A stretch of DNA of 64,000 nt from Anolis carolinensis (Eukaryota): positions 34,283,559-34,347,558 of the forward strand of contig NW_026943818.1 of assembly GCF_035594765.1 (NCBI RefSeq), written 5' to 3'. Each line of letters begins with the position of its first letter. The stretch's first letter is position 1. Below the pieces are notes generated by a model. That model worked only from the letters and a program-made list of their open reading frames with translations. It had not been told where the DNA came from and did no database searches. Both the position numbers and the translations under genes were made by a program. This document shows, one piece after another, positions 11,918 through 23,199 of the stretch.

Positions 11918-12809
11918 CTGCAGGACAGGAGACAAGACACCCCGGGACCACAGTGAGCCATTTCAGACAAAACAATCCAACAATGAACAAGTTTTCTGAA
12001 GAACTCTACACTCGGTTTCCGTGACCGACGTCTCGCAGTACTCATCGTGCACAGATCTTCCGATAACCAAGCAAAGCAATAATGTGACCCACACGTTCTT
12101 GTGAAATGCTGATGATGCTTGAAATTTCTCTCTGATACGACGATCATCCTGAATCTCCGCAGGGTTCCATACTTCGCACTTTAACAACACAACCGTTCAG
12201 TGCTATAGCAGTGAAAACGGGACAAAACGGTTCAATAAGGGGTCATGGGAAACAACAAAAAAGGCAGCTGCGGAGCGGCAATAACCGATTCAGCAGGCCC
12301 TTCACGCCCCAAAGCATTGTGAGCCCATTTCTATGGGCCCGACTTTCCGCCTTTCATGCCTTGACGGGATCCGAACTCGAAAGGCTCCTTGGCCATTCAG
12401 GCAGCTCCCAGATGTCCGCTTCGCCCAGAAAATAAGGCTCACACTCGGCTCTTTTGTCCCTTTTCTATCTGGGAGACAAAAAAGCAAGGCGCTCAGACTG
12501 GGCAACTGGCTTTATTGATCCAATTACTCAAGGAGCAAACGTAAACCAAAAACTCTGGACAACTTCAGACAGTGCAAACCTTCTCCCTTTTCCAAGCTTT
12601 ACTTCTACTGGACAGACCACTTGTATGTGTGTGTGCATACACATCCAGGATATATACAATCCAATCCCTCCCGACAGTTGGCCATCTAGCCAATGTCTCA
12701 AAACCTCCAGGGAGGGTGGATAGTCCACCATCGAGCTGCCATCATTTGAACTGATATCTCCATTGTGTAGTAGGACAGAGAATCGCACTGGATTCTTAGA
12801 CGTCTTCTC

Positions 12810-15800
12810 CTTGTCCACCTAAAGCTCGGACTATGGACCATGCCTTGTCCATCTCAAGCCCTATCTATGGTCCATTCCTTGTCCATCTCAAGCCCATCCC
12901 TTGTCCATCTCAAGCCCATTCCTTGTCCATCTCAAGCCTATTCCTTGTCCATCTCAAGCCCTATCTATGGTCCATTCCTTGTCCATCTCAAGCCCTATCT
13001 ATGGCCCATCCCTTGTCCATCTCAAGCCCATTCCTTGTCCATCTCAAGCCTATTCCTTGTCTATCTCAAGCTCTATCTATGGTCCATTCCTTGTCCATCT
13101 CAAGCCCATTCCTTGTCCATCTCAAGCCCTATCTATGGTCCATCCCTTGTCCATCTCAAGCCCATTCCTTGTCCATCTCAAGCCTATTCCTTGTCCATCT
13201 CAAGCCCTATCTATGGTCCATTTCTTGTCCATCTCAAGCTCATTCCTTGTCCATCTCAAGCCCTATCTATGGTCCATTCCTTGTCCATCTCAAGCCTATT
13301 CCTTGTCCATCTCAAGCTCTATCTATGGCCCATTCCTTGTCCATCTCAAGCCTATTCCTTGTCCATCTCAAGCCCTATCTATGGTCCATTCCTTGTCCAT
13401 CTCAAGCCTATTCCTTGTCCATCTCAAGCCCTATCTATGGCCCATCCCTTGTCCATCTCAAGCCCATTCCTTGTCCATCTCAAGCCTATTCCTTGTCCAT
13501 CTCAAGCCCTATCTATGGTCCATTTCTTGTCCATCTCAAGCTCTATCTATGGTCCATTCCTTGTCCATCTCAGGCCCATTCCTTGTCCATCTCAAGCCCT
13601 ATCTATGGTCCACCCCTTGTCCATCTCAAGCCCATTCCTTGTCCATCTCAAGCCTATTCCTTGTCCATCTCAAGCCCTATCTATGGTCCATTTCTTGTCC
13701 ATCTCAAGCTCTATCTATGGTCCATTCCTTGTCCATCTCAAGCCCTATCTATGGTCCATCCCTTGTCCATCTCAAGCCCATTCCTTGTCCATCTCAAGCC
13801 CTATCTATGGTCCATCCCTTGTCCATCTCAAGCCTATTCCTTGTCCATCTCAAGCCCTATCTATGGTCCATTTCTTGTCCATCTCAAGCTCTATCTATGG
13901 TCCATTCCTTGTCCATCTCAAGCCCTATCTATGGTCCATCCCTTGTCCATCTCAAGCCCATTCCTTGTCCATCTCAAGCCTATTCCTTGTCCACCTCAAG
14001 CCCTATCTATGGTCCATTCCTTGTCCATCTCAAGCCCTATCTATGGTCCATCCCTTGTCCATCTCAAGCCCTATCTATGGTCCATTCCTTGTCCATCTCA
14101 AGCTCTATCTATGGTCCATTCCTTGTCCATCTCAAGCCCATTCCTTGTCCATCTCAAGCCCTATCTATGGCCCATCCCTTGTCCATCTCAAGCCCATTCC
14201 TTGTCCATCTCAAGCCTATTCCTTGTCCATCTCAAGCCCTATCTATGGTCCATTTCTTGTCCATTTCAAGCTCTATCTATGGTCCATTCCTTGTCCATCT
14301 CAAGCCCATTCCTTGTCCATCTCAAGCCCTATCTATGGTCCATCCCTTGTCCATCTCAAGCCCATTCCTTGTCCATCTCAAGCCCATTCCTTGTCCATCT
14401 CAAGCCCTATCTATGGTCCATCCCTTGTCCATCTCAAGCCCATTCCTTGTCCATCTCAAGCCCTATCTATGGTCCATCCCTTGTCCATCTCAAGCCCATT
14501 CCTTGTCCATCTCAAGCCTATTCCTTGTCCATCTCAAGCCTATTCCTTGTCCATCTCAAGCCCTATCTATGGTCCATTTCTTGTCCATCTCAAGCTCTAT
14601 CTATGGTCCATTCCTTGTCCATCTCAGGCCCATTCCTTGTCCATCTCAAGCCCTATCTATGGTCCATCCCTTGTCCATCTCAAGCCCATTCCTTGTCCAT
14701 CTCAAGCCCTATCTATGGTCCATTCCTTGTCCATCTCAAGCCCATTCCTTGTCCATCTCAAGCCCTATCTATGGTCCATTCCTTGTCCATCTCAAGCCCA
14801 TTCCTTGTCCATCTCAAGCCCTATCTATGGTCCATCCCTTGTCCATCTCAAGCCCATTCCTTGTCCATCTCAAGCCTATTCCTTGACCATCTCAAGCCCT
14901 ATCTATGGTCCATTCCTTGTCCATCTCAAGCCCTATCTATAGTCCATTTCTTGTCCACCTAAACCCCTATCTATGGTCCATTCATTGTGCATCTCGAGCC
15001 CTATCTATGGTCCATTCCTTGCCCATATCAAGCCCTATCTATGGGTCATTCCTTGTGCACCTAAAGCCTGATCTATGGTCCATTCCTTGTGCACCTAAAG
15101 CCCAATCTATGGTCCATTCATTGCCCTTCTAAAACCTGATCTATGGGTCGTTCCTTGTGCATCTAAAGCCCGATCTATGGTCCATTCATTGCCCTTCTAA
15201 AGCCTGATCTATGGGTCGTTCCTTGTGCACCTAAAGCTCGATCTATGGTCCATTCATTGCCCTTCTAAAACCTGATCTATGGGTCGTTCCTTGTGCACCT
15301 AAAGCCCGATCTATGGTCCATTCATTGGCCTTCTAAAGCCTGATTTATGGGTCGTTCCTTGTGCACCTAAAGCTCGATCTATGGTCCATTCATTGCCCTT
15401 CTAAAACCTGATCTATGGGTCGTTCCTTGTGCACCTAAAGCCCGATCTATGGTCCATTCATTGGCCTTCTAAAGCCTGATCTATGGGTCGTTCCTTGTGC
15501 ACCTAAAGCCCAATCTATGGTCCATTCATTGCCCTTCTAAAGCCTGATCTATGGGTCGTTCCTTGTGCACCTAAAGCTCGATCTATAGTCAATTCCTTGC
15601 CAATATCAAGCCCTATCTCTGGGCTGTTCCTTGTGCATCTAAAGCCCTATCTATGGTCCATTCCTTGACTACCTGAACCCCTATTTATGGTCCATTCCTT
15701 GTGCACCTAAAGCCCTATCTCTAGGCCGTTCTTTGTGCACCTAAAGCCTGATCTATTGTCAATTCCTTGTGCATCTCGAGCCCTATCTCTGGGCCGTTCC

Positions 15801-18785
15801 TTGTGCACCTAAAGCCCCATCTATGGTCCATTCCTTGTCCACCTAAACCCTTATCTATGGTCCATTCCTTGTCCACCTAAAGCCCTATCTATGGTCCATT
15901 CCTTGTCCACCTAAAGCCCTATCTATGGTCCATTCCTTGTCCACCTAAACCCTTATCTATGGTCCATTCCTTGTCCACCTAAAGCCCTATCTACAGACCA
16001 TTCCTTATGCATTTCAATGTCTCTTCTTGTCTGTCTCAAACCACAACTATGGTCCATTCCTTATGCATCAAAAGCTCTAGCTATAGGCCACTGCTTCTCC
16101 ATCTAAAGCTTGATCTATGGTCCATTCCTTGTCCATCTCAAGTCCTATCTATGGTCCATTCACTGCCCATCTAAAGCCCTATCTATGGCTCGTTCCTTGT
16201 GAATCTCAAGCCCGATCTCTGGTCCATTCGCTGTCCACCTAAAGCCCGATCTATGGGCCATTATCTGTGCATCTAAAGCCCTTGCTTCTCCACCTAAACC
16301 CCTATCTATGGTCCATTCCTTGTTCACCTAAACCCCTATCTATGGTCCATTCCTTGACTACCTGAACCCCTATCTATGGTCCATTCCTTGTCCACCTAAA
16401 CCCCTATCTATGGTCCATTCCTTGTCCACCTAAACCCCTATCTATGGTCCATTCCTTGACCACCTGAACCCCTATCTATGGGCCATTCCTTGTGCATCTA
16501 AAGCTCTGACTATGGTCTGTTCCTTGTGCATCTCGGGCCCTGTCTCTGGGCTGTTCCTTGTGCTCTCGAGCCCTATCTACGGGCTGTTCCTTGTTCATCT
16601 AAAGCCCTGTCTCTGTGCTGTTCCTTGTGCATCTCGAGCACGATCTATGGTCCCTTCCTTGCCCATCTAAAGCCCTATCTATGGGCCATTCCTTGTCTAT
16701 CTCAAGCCCTATCTATGGGCCGTTCCCTGTGCATCTCAAGCTCTATCTACGGGCTGTTCCTTGTGCGTCTCAAGCTCTATCTACGGGCTGTTCCTTGTGC
16801 ATCTCAAGCTCTATCTACGGGCTGTTCCTTGTGCATCTAAAGCCCTATCTATGGGCTGTTCCTTGTGCACCTAAAGCCCGATCTATGGTCCGTTCCTTGT
16901 CCATCTCGAGCCCTATCTCTGGGCTGTTCCTTGTGCATCTCGAGCCCTATCTCTGGGATGTTCCTTGTGCACCTAAAGCCCGATCTATGGTCCATTCCTT
17001 GTGCACTTAAAGCCCGATCTATGGTCCATTCCTTGTGCATCTAAAGCCCGATCTATGGTCCGTTCCTTGTGCACTTAAAGCCCGATCTAGGGTCCATTCC
17101 TTGTGCATCTAAAGCCCGTTCTATGGGCTGTTCATTGTGCATCTCGAGCCCTATCTCTGGGATGTTCCTTGTCATCTCGAGCCCGATCTATGGTCCGTTC
17201 CTTGTGCACCTAATCCCCGAACTATGGTCCATTCCTTGCTTATCTCAAGTCATTCCTTGTGCACCTAAAGCCCGATCTATGAGCCATTCCTTGTGCATCT
17301 CAAGCCCTATCTCTGGGCCGTTCCTTGTGCACCTAAAGCCCGATCTATGGTTAATTCCTTGCCCATATCAAGCCTAATCTATGGGTCGTTCCTTGTGCAC
17401 CTAAAGCCCTATCTATGGTCCATTCCTTGCTTATCTCAAGTCATTCCTTGTGCATATAAAGCTCTGACTATGGTCCGTTCCTTGTGCATCTCGAGCCCTA
17501 TCTTTGGGCCGTTCCTTGTGCACCTAAAGCCTGATCTATGGTCCGTTCCTTGTCCATCTCAAGCCCTATCTATGGTCCATTCCTTGTGCATCTCAAGCCC
17601 TATCTCTGGGCTGTTCCTTGTGCACCTAAATCCCGATCTGTGGTCCATTCCTTGTGCATCTCGAGCCCTATCTATGGGTCGTTCCTTGTGCACCTACTGC
17701 CCTATCTATGGTCCATTCCTTGTGCATCTAAAGTCCGATCTATGGTCCATTCCTTGCCCATATCAAGCCCTATCTGTGGGCCATTCCTTGTGCATCTCGA
17801 GCCCTATCTCTGGGACGTTCCTTGTGCACCTAAAGCCCGATCTATGGTTTGTTCCTTGTGCATCTCAAGCTCTATCTCTGGGCTGTTCCTTGTGCACCTA
17901 AAGCCCAATCTATGGTCCATTCTTTGCTTATCTCAAGTCATTCCTTGTGCACCTAAAGCCCTATCTATGGTCCATTCCTTGACTACCTGAACCCCTCATT
18001 CCTTGTCCATCTCGAGCCCTATCTACGGGTTGTTCCTTGTGCATCTAAAGCCCTATCTATGGTCCATTCCTTGCCCATATCAAGCCCTATCTGTGGGCCA
18101 TTCCTTGTGCATCTCGAGCCCTATCTCTGGGACGTTCGTTGTGCACCTAATGCCCGATCTATGGTTTGTTCCTTGTGCATCTAAAGCCCTATCTATGGGC
18201 TGTTCATTGTGCATCTCGAGCCCTGTCTATGAGTCGTTCCTTGTGCACCTAAAACCTGATCTATGGTCCCTTCCTTGTGCATCTTGAGCCCTATCTCTGG
18301 GCCATTCCTTGCCCATATCAAGCCCTATCTATGGGTTGTTCCTTGTGCATCTCGAGCCCTATCTCTGGGGCGTTCCTTGTGCACCTAAAGCCCGATCTAT
18401 GGTCCATTCCTTGTGCATCTCGAGCCCTATCTCTGGGACGTTCCTTGTGCACTTAAAGCCCGATCTATGGTCCATTCCTTGTGCATCTCGAGCCCTATCT
18501 CTGGGATGTTCCTTGTGCACCTAAAGCCCGATCTATGGTCCATTCCTTGTGCATCTCGAGCCCTATCTATGGGTCGTTCCTTGTGCACCTACTGCCCTAT
18601 CTATGGTCCATTCCTTGTGCATCTAAAGTCCAATCTATGGTCCATTCCTTGCCCATATCAAGCCCTATCTGTGGGCCATTCCTTGTGCATCTCGAGCCCT
18701 ATCTCTGGGACGTTCCTTGTGCACCTAAAGCCCGATCTATGGTTTGTTCCTTGTGCATCTCGAGCCCTATCTATGGGCCGTTGCT
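12810..18785. repeat. ~6-kb compound satellite of 22-bp and 34-bp related units filling most of MBD3 intron 1
   Basis: units ttccttgtccatctcaagccca and ttccttgtccatctcaagccctatctatggtcca; homogeneous over 12840-14940, more diverged (gtgcacctaaagcc variants) towards exon 1. Confidence 0.95.
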
Positions 18786-18846
18786 TCTCCTTCGGGCTGT
18801 TCCTCGTGCGCCTGCACCCCCCGTGCGCGGCCGGTCCCCCATTCAC

Positions 18847-18956
18847 CTATAATAATAGACATCGCTCTTGCCAGCGGAGAGCCCCGATTTCCGCGTCACT
18901 TCTTCCCTTTTCCATCCCTGCGGGAGGGCAGAGCACTCCCACCTCTTCCGATCCAT
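18847..18956 (-). CDS. MBD3: MBD3 coding exon 1 (MDRKRWECSALPQGWKREEVTRKSGLSAGKSDVYYY); full CDS 882 nt, 293 aa
   Basis: ATG at 18956 in gccATGg context; donor ag|gtgaat; 110 nt; exon sizes 110/160/138/91/178/205 give a continuous frame. Confidence 0.97.
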
Positions 18957-18959
18957 GGC

Positions 18960-19280
18960 TTCCGCCGCCGACGCCAGCGAGGAGGGGTCGGGCTCGGGGT
19001 CGGCCCAGCCGCCTCCCCCTCGGGCGCTGGCTCCGGCCAGGGTGGCGGCCACGGCGGGGCTGTCAGGCTCAGGCGGAGGTGTCAGTCAGTCGGCCAGAGG
19101 CCCTCTCGGCTGGGCGGCTGTTCCGGGATGACTCCCTCTGGGGAAGGGGCTCTTCCGGCTGTCAAGCGCACCTCCCTCCTCTCCCCCTGGCAATCCTGCG
19201 CATGCGCACGCTCTCCGCTCTCCTTTTCCTCCCCCTCCCAAAGGGGAAAATGCAAATGAGGCAGCCGGGCAGGGAATGAA
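18960..19280 (-). promoter_or_regulatory. MBD3 proximal CpG-island promoter/5'UTR with NRF1 and ETS motifs
   Basis: tgcgcatgcgca at 19197-19208; cttccgg (ETS core) at ~19152; high CpG density. Confidence 0.6.
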
Positions 19281-19660
19281 TGGAACAACCACAATGTAGA
19301 AACTCTAGGCAAAGTTCTGATCAACAATAACAACAACAACAACTTTCTCACAACTTTCCACATTAGAAAGAATAAAAATCATTATATGCAACCTATTGTT
19401 ATATTATAGTAATAAGTAATTATTATAAAATATAAAAATAACAACTTTCTCACATTCTCACCTCTTTCCACATTAAAAAAAAATCATTATATGTTATTAT
19501 ATTATAGTAATAATTATTATAAAATATAAAAATAACAACTTTCTCACATTCTCACATCTTTCCATATTGATAAGAATAATAATTAAAGCCTTCGACAACA
19601 CAAGAATAATAATCATTATATGTGACAATATTGTTATTACATTATAATAATAAGTAATAA

Positions 19661-20105
19661 TCTATATATATAAAAGAGTGATGGCATCACGGCGACCCAC
19701 AAAACAACAAAACTACAGGCCCCCCAACCTCGAAATTTGACAACACAACCCATCATCCATGCCTCTAGGTTGATACAACAAAAAGAAAAGAAAAATAAAG
19801 TCCTAATTAGAGAGAGAGGAATAATTGCTTTTATCCAATTGCTGCCAGTTAGAAGGCTAAGCTCCTCCAACTTGGTCTCCTAGCAACCCAATAAAAAATA
19901 ATAAAAAACACTAAAAATTGATACAGTAAAATACCATAATAACAGAAAATAACTAAAAATAATACAAGAAAATAATAAAATATAATAAAAAAAACTTACA
20001 ATAAAATTAATAAAAAAATACAAATAACGTCAAATAAAAATTACACAATTTTTAACCAATACCACCACCACTTTGCCACAGCAACGCGTGGCCGGGCACA
20101 GCTAG
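19661..20105 (+). mobile_element. non-autonomous Helitron
   Basis: inserted between A and T; 5' TC; 3' hairpin gccacagcaacgcgtggc then CTAG; same family at 41439, 53605 and 56385. Confidence 0.8.
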
Positions 20106-20811
20106 TGTTTTATAAAATATAAAAATTACAGCTTTCTCACATTCTCACTTCTTTCCACATTAAAAAAGAATGATAATTATTATATGTAACTATATTATTA
20201 TATTATAGTAACAAGTAATTATTATAAAATATAAAAATAACTTTCTCACATTCTCACCTCTTTCCACATTAAAAAAAATCATTATATGTAACTCAACAAT
20301 GACAACTTTCTCACATCTTTCCACATTAAAAAAGAATAATAATCCTTATATGTGACAATATTGTTATTATATTATAGTAATAATTATAAAATATAAAAAT
20401 AAAAACTTTCTCACATTCTCACATCTTTCCACATTAAAAAAGAATAATAATCCTTATATGTGACAATATTGTTATTATATTATAGTAATAAGTAATAATA
20501 AAACTTTATTTATACCCCGCCACCATCTGTATTATAAAATATAAAAATAACAACTTTCTCAGAACAATATTATATAATAATTAATAATATATTACAATAT
20601 GTCCCACAGCTTTCCATATTGATAATATTATTATATATAACAATATTATATACTAATAATTAATAATATAACCTACTATAATATATTATAATATTAATAT
20701 TAAGAGTTTTACTATATTGCCTTACTTTCACATATATTTGCTCGGTGTTCAAAAATTGTAATATTAATAATATAATGTCTCACTTTCCCAGATTTACCTT
20801 TGCCCCAGCTT

Positions 20812-20845
<34 letters not shown>

Positions 20846-20927
20846 GAATGTCTCACTTTTTCATATATTTACTTTCCCCTCAGCTTTCCATAATAATAAT
20901 AACAACCACAAGAATAATGTAATGTGA

Positions 20928-21120
20928 TGTCAAAGACTTTCATGGCTGGAATCACGAGTTTTCCGGAATCTATGGCCACGTTCCAGAAGCATTCAGAAAA
21001 TGGGAATCCAAGGCAAGAAACAATCAGGGCCAGCTAACACCTCCCAGCAAGGATTCCCCCCAGGCAGGGAGCAGCCAGGCTTCGAAGCTGCAAGGCTATT
21101 CAATGCTAATCAAGGTTTCC
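20928..21120. mobile_element. dispersed repeat remnant, probably a Penelope-like terminal region
   Basis: ctttcatggctggaatcac...ttccagaagcattc and aaacaatcagggccagctaacacctccc recur at ~47080-47290, 53335-53520, 58080-58160 and 60488-60610. Confidence 0.5.
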
Positions 21121-21351
21121 AATAAGAACAACAACAATAATAGTAATAATTCAAAGCTGCTCACGAGGCAAAACAATGAAATGTATAACAAACAACAAAT
21201 AAACAAACAGGACAGAATTCCAACATCATAGCCAGGCAGAGCTGAATACAAAGAGCTATTAAAAAATCCTAAACAATGATATTATTATCAAATATTAATT
21301 ATTTTAATAAGAATTAGGCCTCACTTTCTCCTCCTATATAATAACATTTTA

Positions 21352-21487
21352 NNNNNNNNNNNNNNNNNNNNNNNNNNNNNNNNNNNNNNNNNNNNNNNNN
21401 NNNNNNNNNNNNNNNNNNNNNNNNNNNNNNNNNNNNNNNNNNNNNNNNNNNNNNNNNNNNNNNNNNNNNNNNNNNNNNNNNNNNNNN
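21352..21487. other. assembly gap (N run)
   Basis: run of n. Confidence 1.
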
Positions 21488-23078
21488 TTTGTGATCGCTT
21501 GTGCTCCTATTTTTACCAGTTTTATATACTGTTATGCACTGCTTTTTAAAATAATTATATAATACATTACAATACCTAATATCTATTTAATATCTAATAA
21601 TACAATATAATATAGACGTATATATTATGTAATATATTATACCTAATATTATTTATCTAATAATATATCTAACAATATAGTTTCATAGTAATATATAATA
21701 ATACAATATCTTGCATATAATAATATACTATCTAATGATTTAATATTATATATAGTACCATAATCATATATAATATCTTGTATATAATATTATAATGTCT
21801 AATAATTTACTATAATATAAATATCTAATAGTTCAAAATATAACATCTAATAATGTAATATAAATAGATACGTAATAATATTATCATCTAATAATCTATA
21901 ATGTTATAATATATAATCGAATAGAAATATATATTAAATTATTTAATATATATTTAATATTATATATAGTACCATAGTAAAACATAATATAATATCTTGT
22001 ATATAATATAATAGTGTCTAATAATTTAATATTATATACAGTACCATAGTCATATATAATATATTGTAGATAATATTATAATGCCTAATAATGTAATATA
22101 GTATAAATTTCTAATAATGCAAAATACAGCATCTAATAATGTAATATAGATATATATTCATGTTATTATTTAATATATATTTAATATATATAGTACCATA
22201 GTAATATATAATATGTATATAATAATGTCTAATAATTTAATATAATATAAATATCTAATAATACAAAATATAACATCTAATAATGTAATATAAATAGATA
22301 TATATTAATGTTATAAATAATCTGTAATGTTATAATATATAATTAATAGAAATATATATTTAATGTCTCATATTATATAGACTATAATAGAAATATATAT
22401 TCTTATAAATATAAATTAATGTAACATAAATAGATATATATTAATGTTGTAATTCAGTAATCTATAATGTTATGATATATAATCTAATAGAAATATATAT
22501 TAAATATATATTTAATATTATATATAGTATAATATTAGTATATTTTGTATATAATATCATAATGTCTAATTTAATATAAATATCTAATAATACAAAGTAT
22601 AACATTTAATAATGTTATGATATATAATCCAATAGCTATATTAAATTATTTAATATATATTTAATATTATATGTAGTATAATATCAGTATATTTTGTATA
22701 TAATATTACAATGTCTAAGATAAATATCTAATAATACAAAATATAACATTTAATAATGTTATGATACATAAATATTAGTAAAATATTAGTATATTTTGTA
22801 TATATTATAATGAATAATTCAATAATACAAAATATAACATTTAATAATGTTATGATATATAATCTAATAGAAATATATATTAAATGTCTCATAACATATA
22901 GATTATAATCTAATAGAAATATATATTCTTATAAAAATATAAATATTATAAATATGAATAAGAACAACTCCCAGAATCCCCTCAGCCCCTAGTCTTCCAA
23001 ACAATGGGGCCAAAGGAAGCCCCTTCCCCACATAAATCAACACAGAGAGAGAGAGATAAAATATCTGGGTCCACTCAC

Positions 23079-23131
23079 CCCATGGAAGGAGAGCGTGGGC
23101 CCCACTTGGGACCCCCGGCTGCCTTGGCCAT
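23079..23131 (-). CDS. candidate alternative first coding exon of MBD3 (MAKAAGGPKWGPRSPSM-G, phase 2)
   Basis: aagATGg start in a CpG island; consensus donor GG|GTGAGT at 23078; phase 2 matches the MBD3 exon 2 acceptor. Confidence 0.4.
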
Positions 23132-23199
23132 CTTCCTCTTCCTCTTCCTCTTCCTCTTCCTCTTCCTCTCTCTTTGGGGAAGAAGGCGCCACGTGGTCT

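Noticed and set aside
12833-14962. Three ~660-710-aa plus-strand ORFs
   Set aside because: Translation of the 22/34-bp satellite, antisense within MBD3 intron 1
18957-19052. 32-aa N-terminal extension of MBD3 in the ORF track
   Set aside because: Begins at GTG; the ATG at 18956 has a good Kozak context and matches the conserved start
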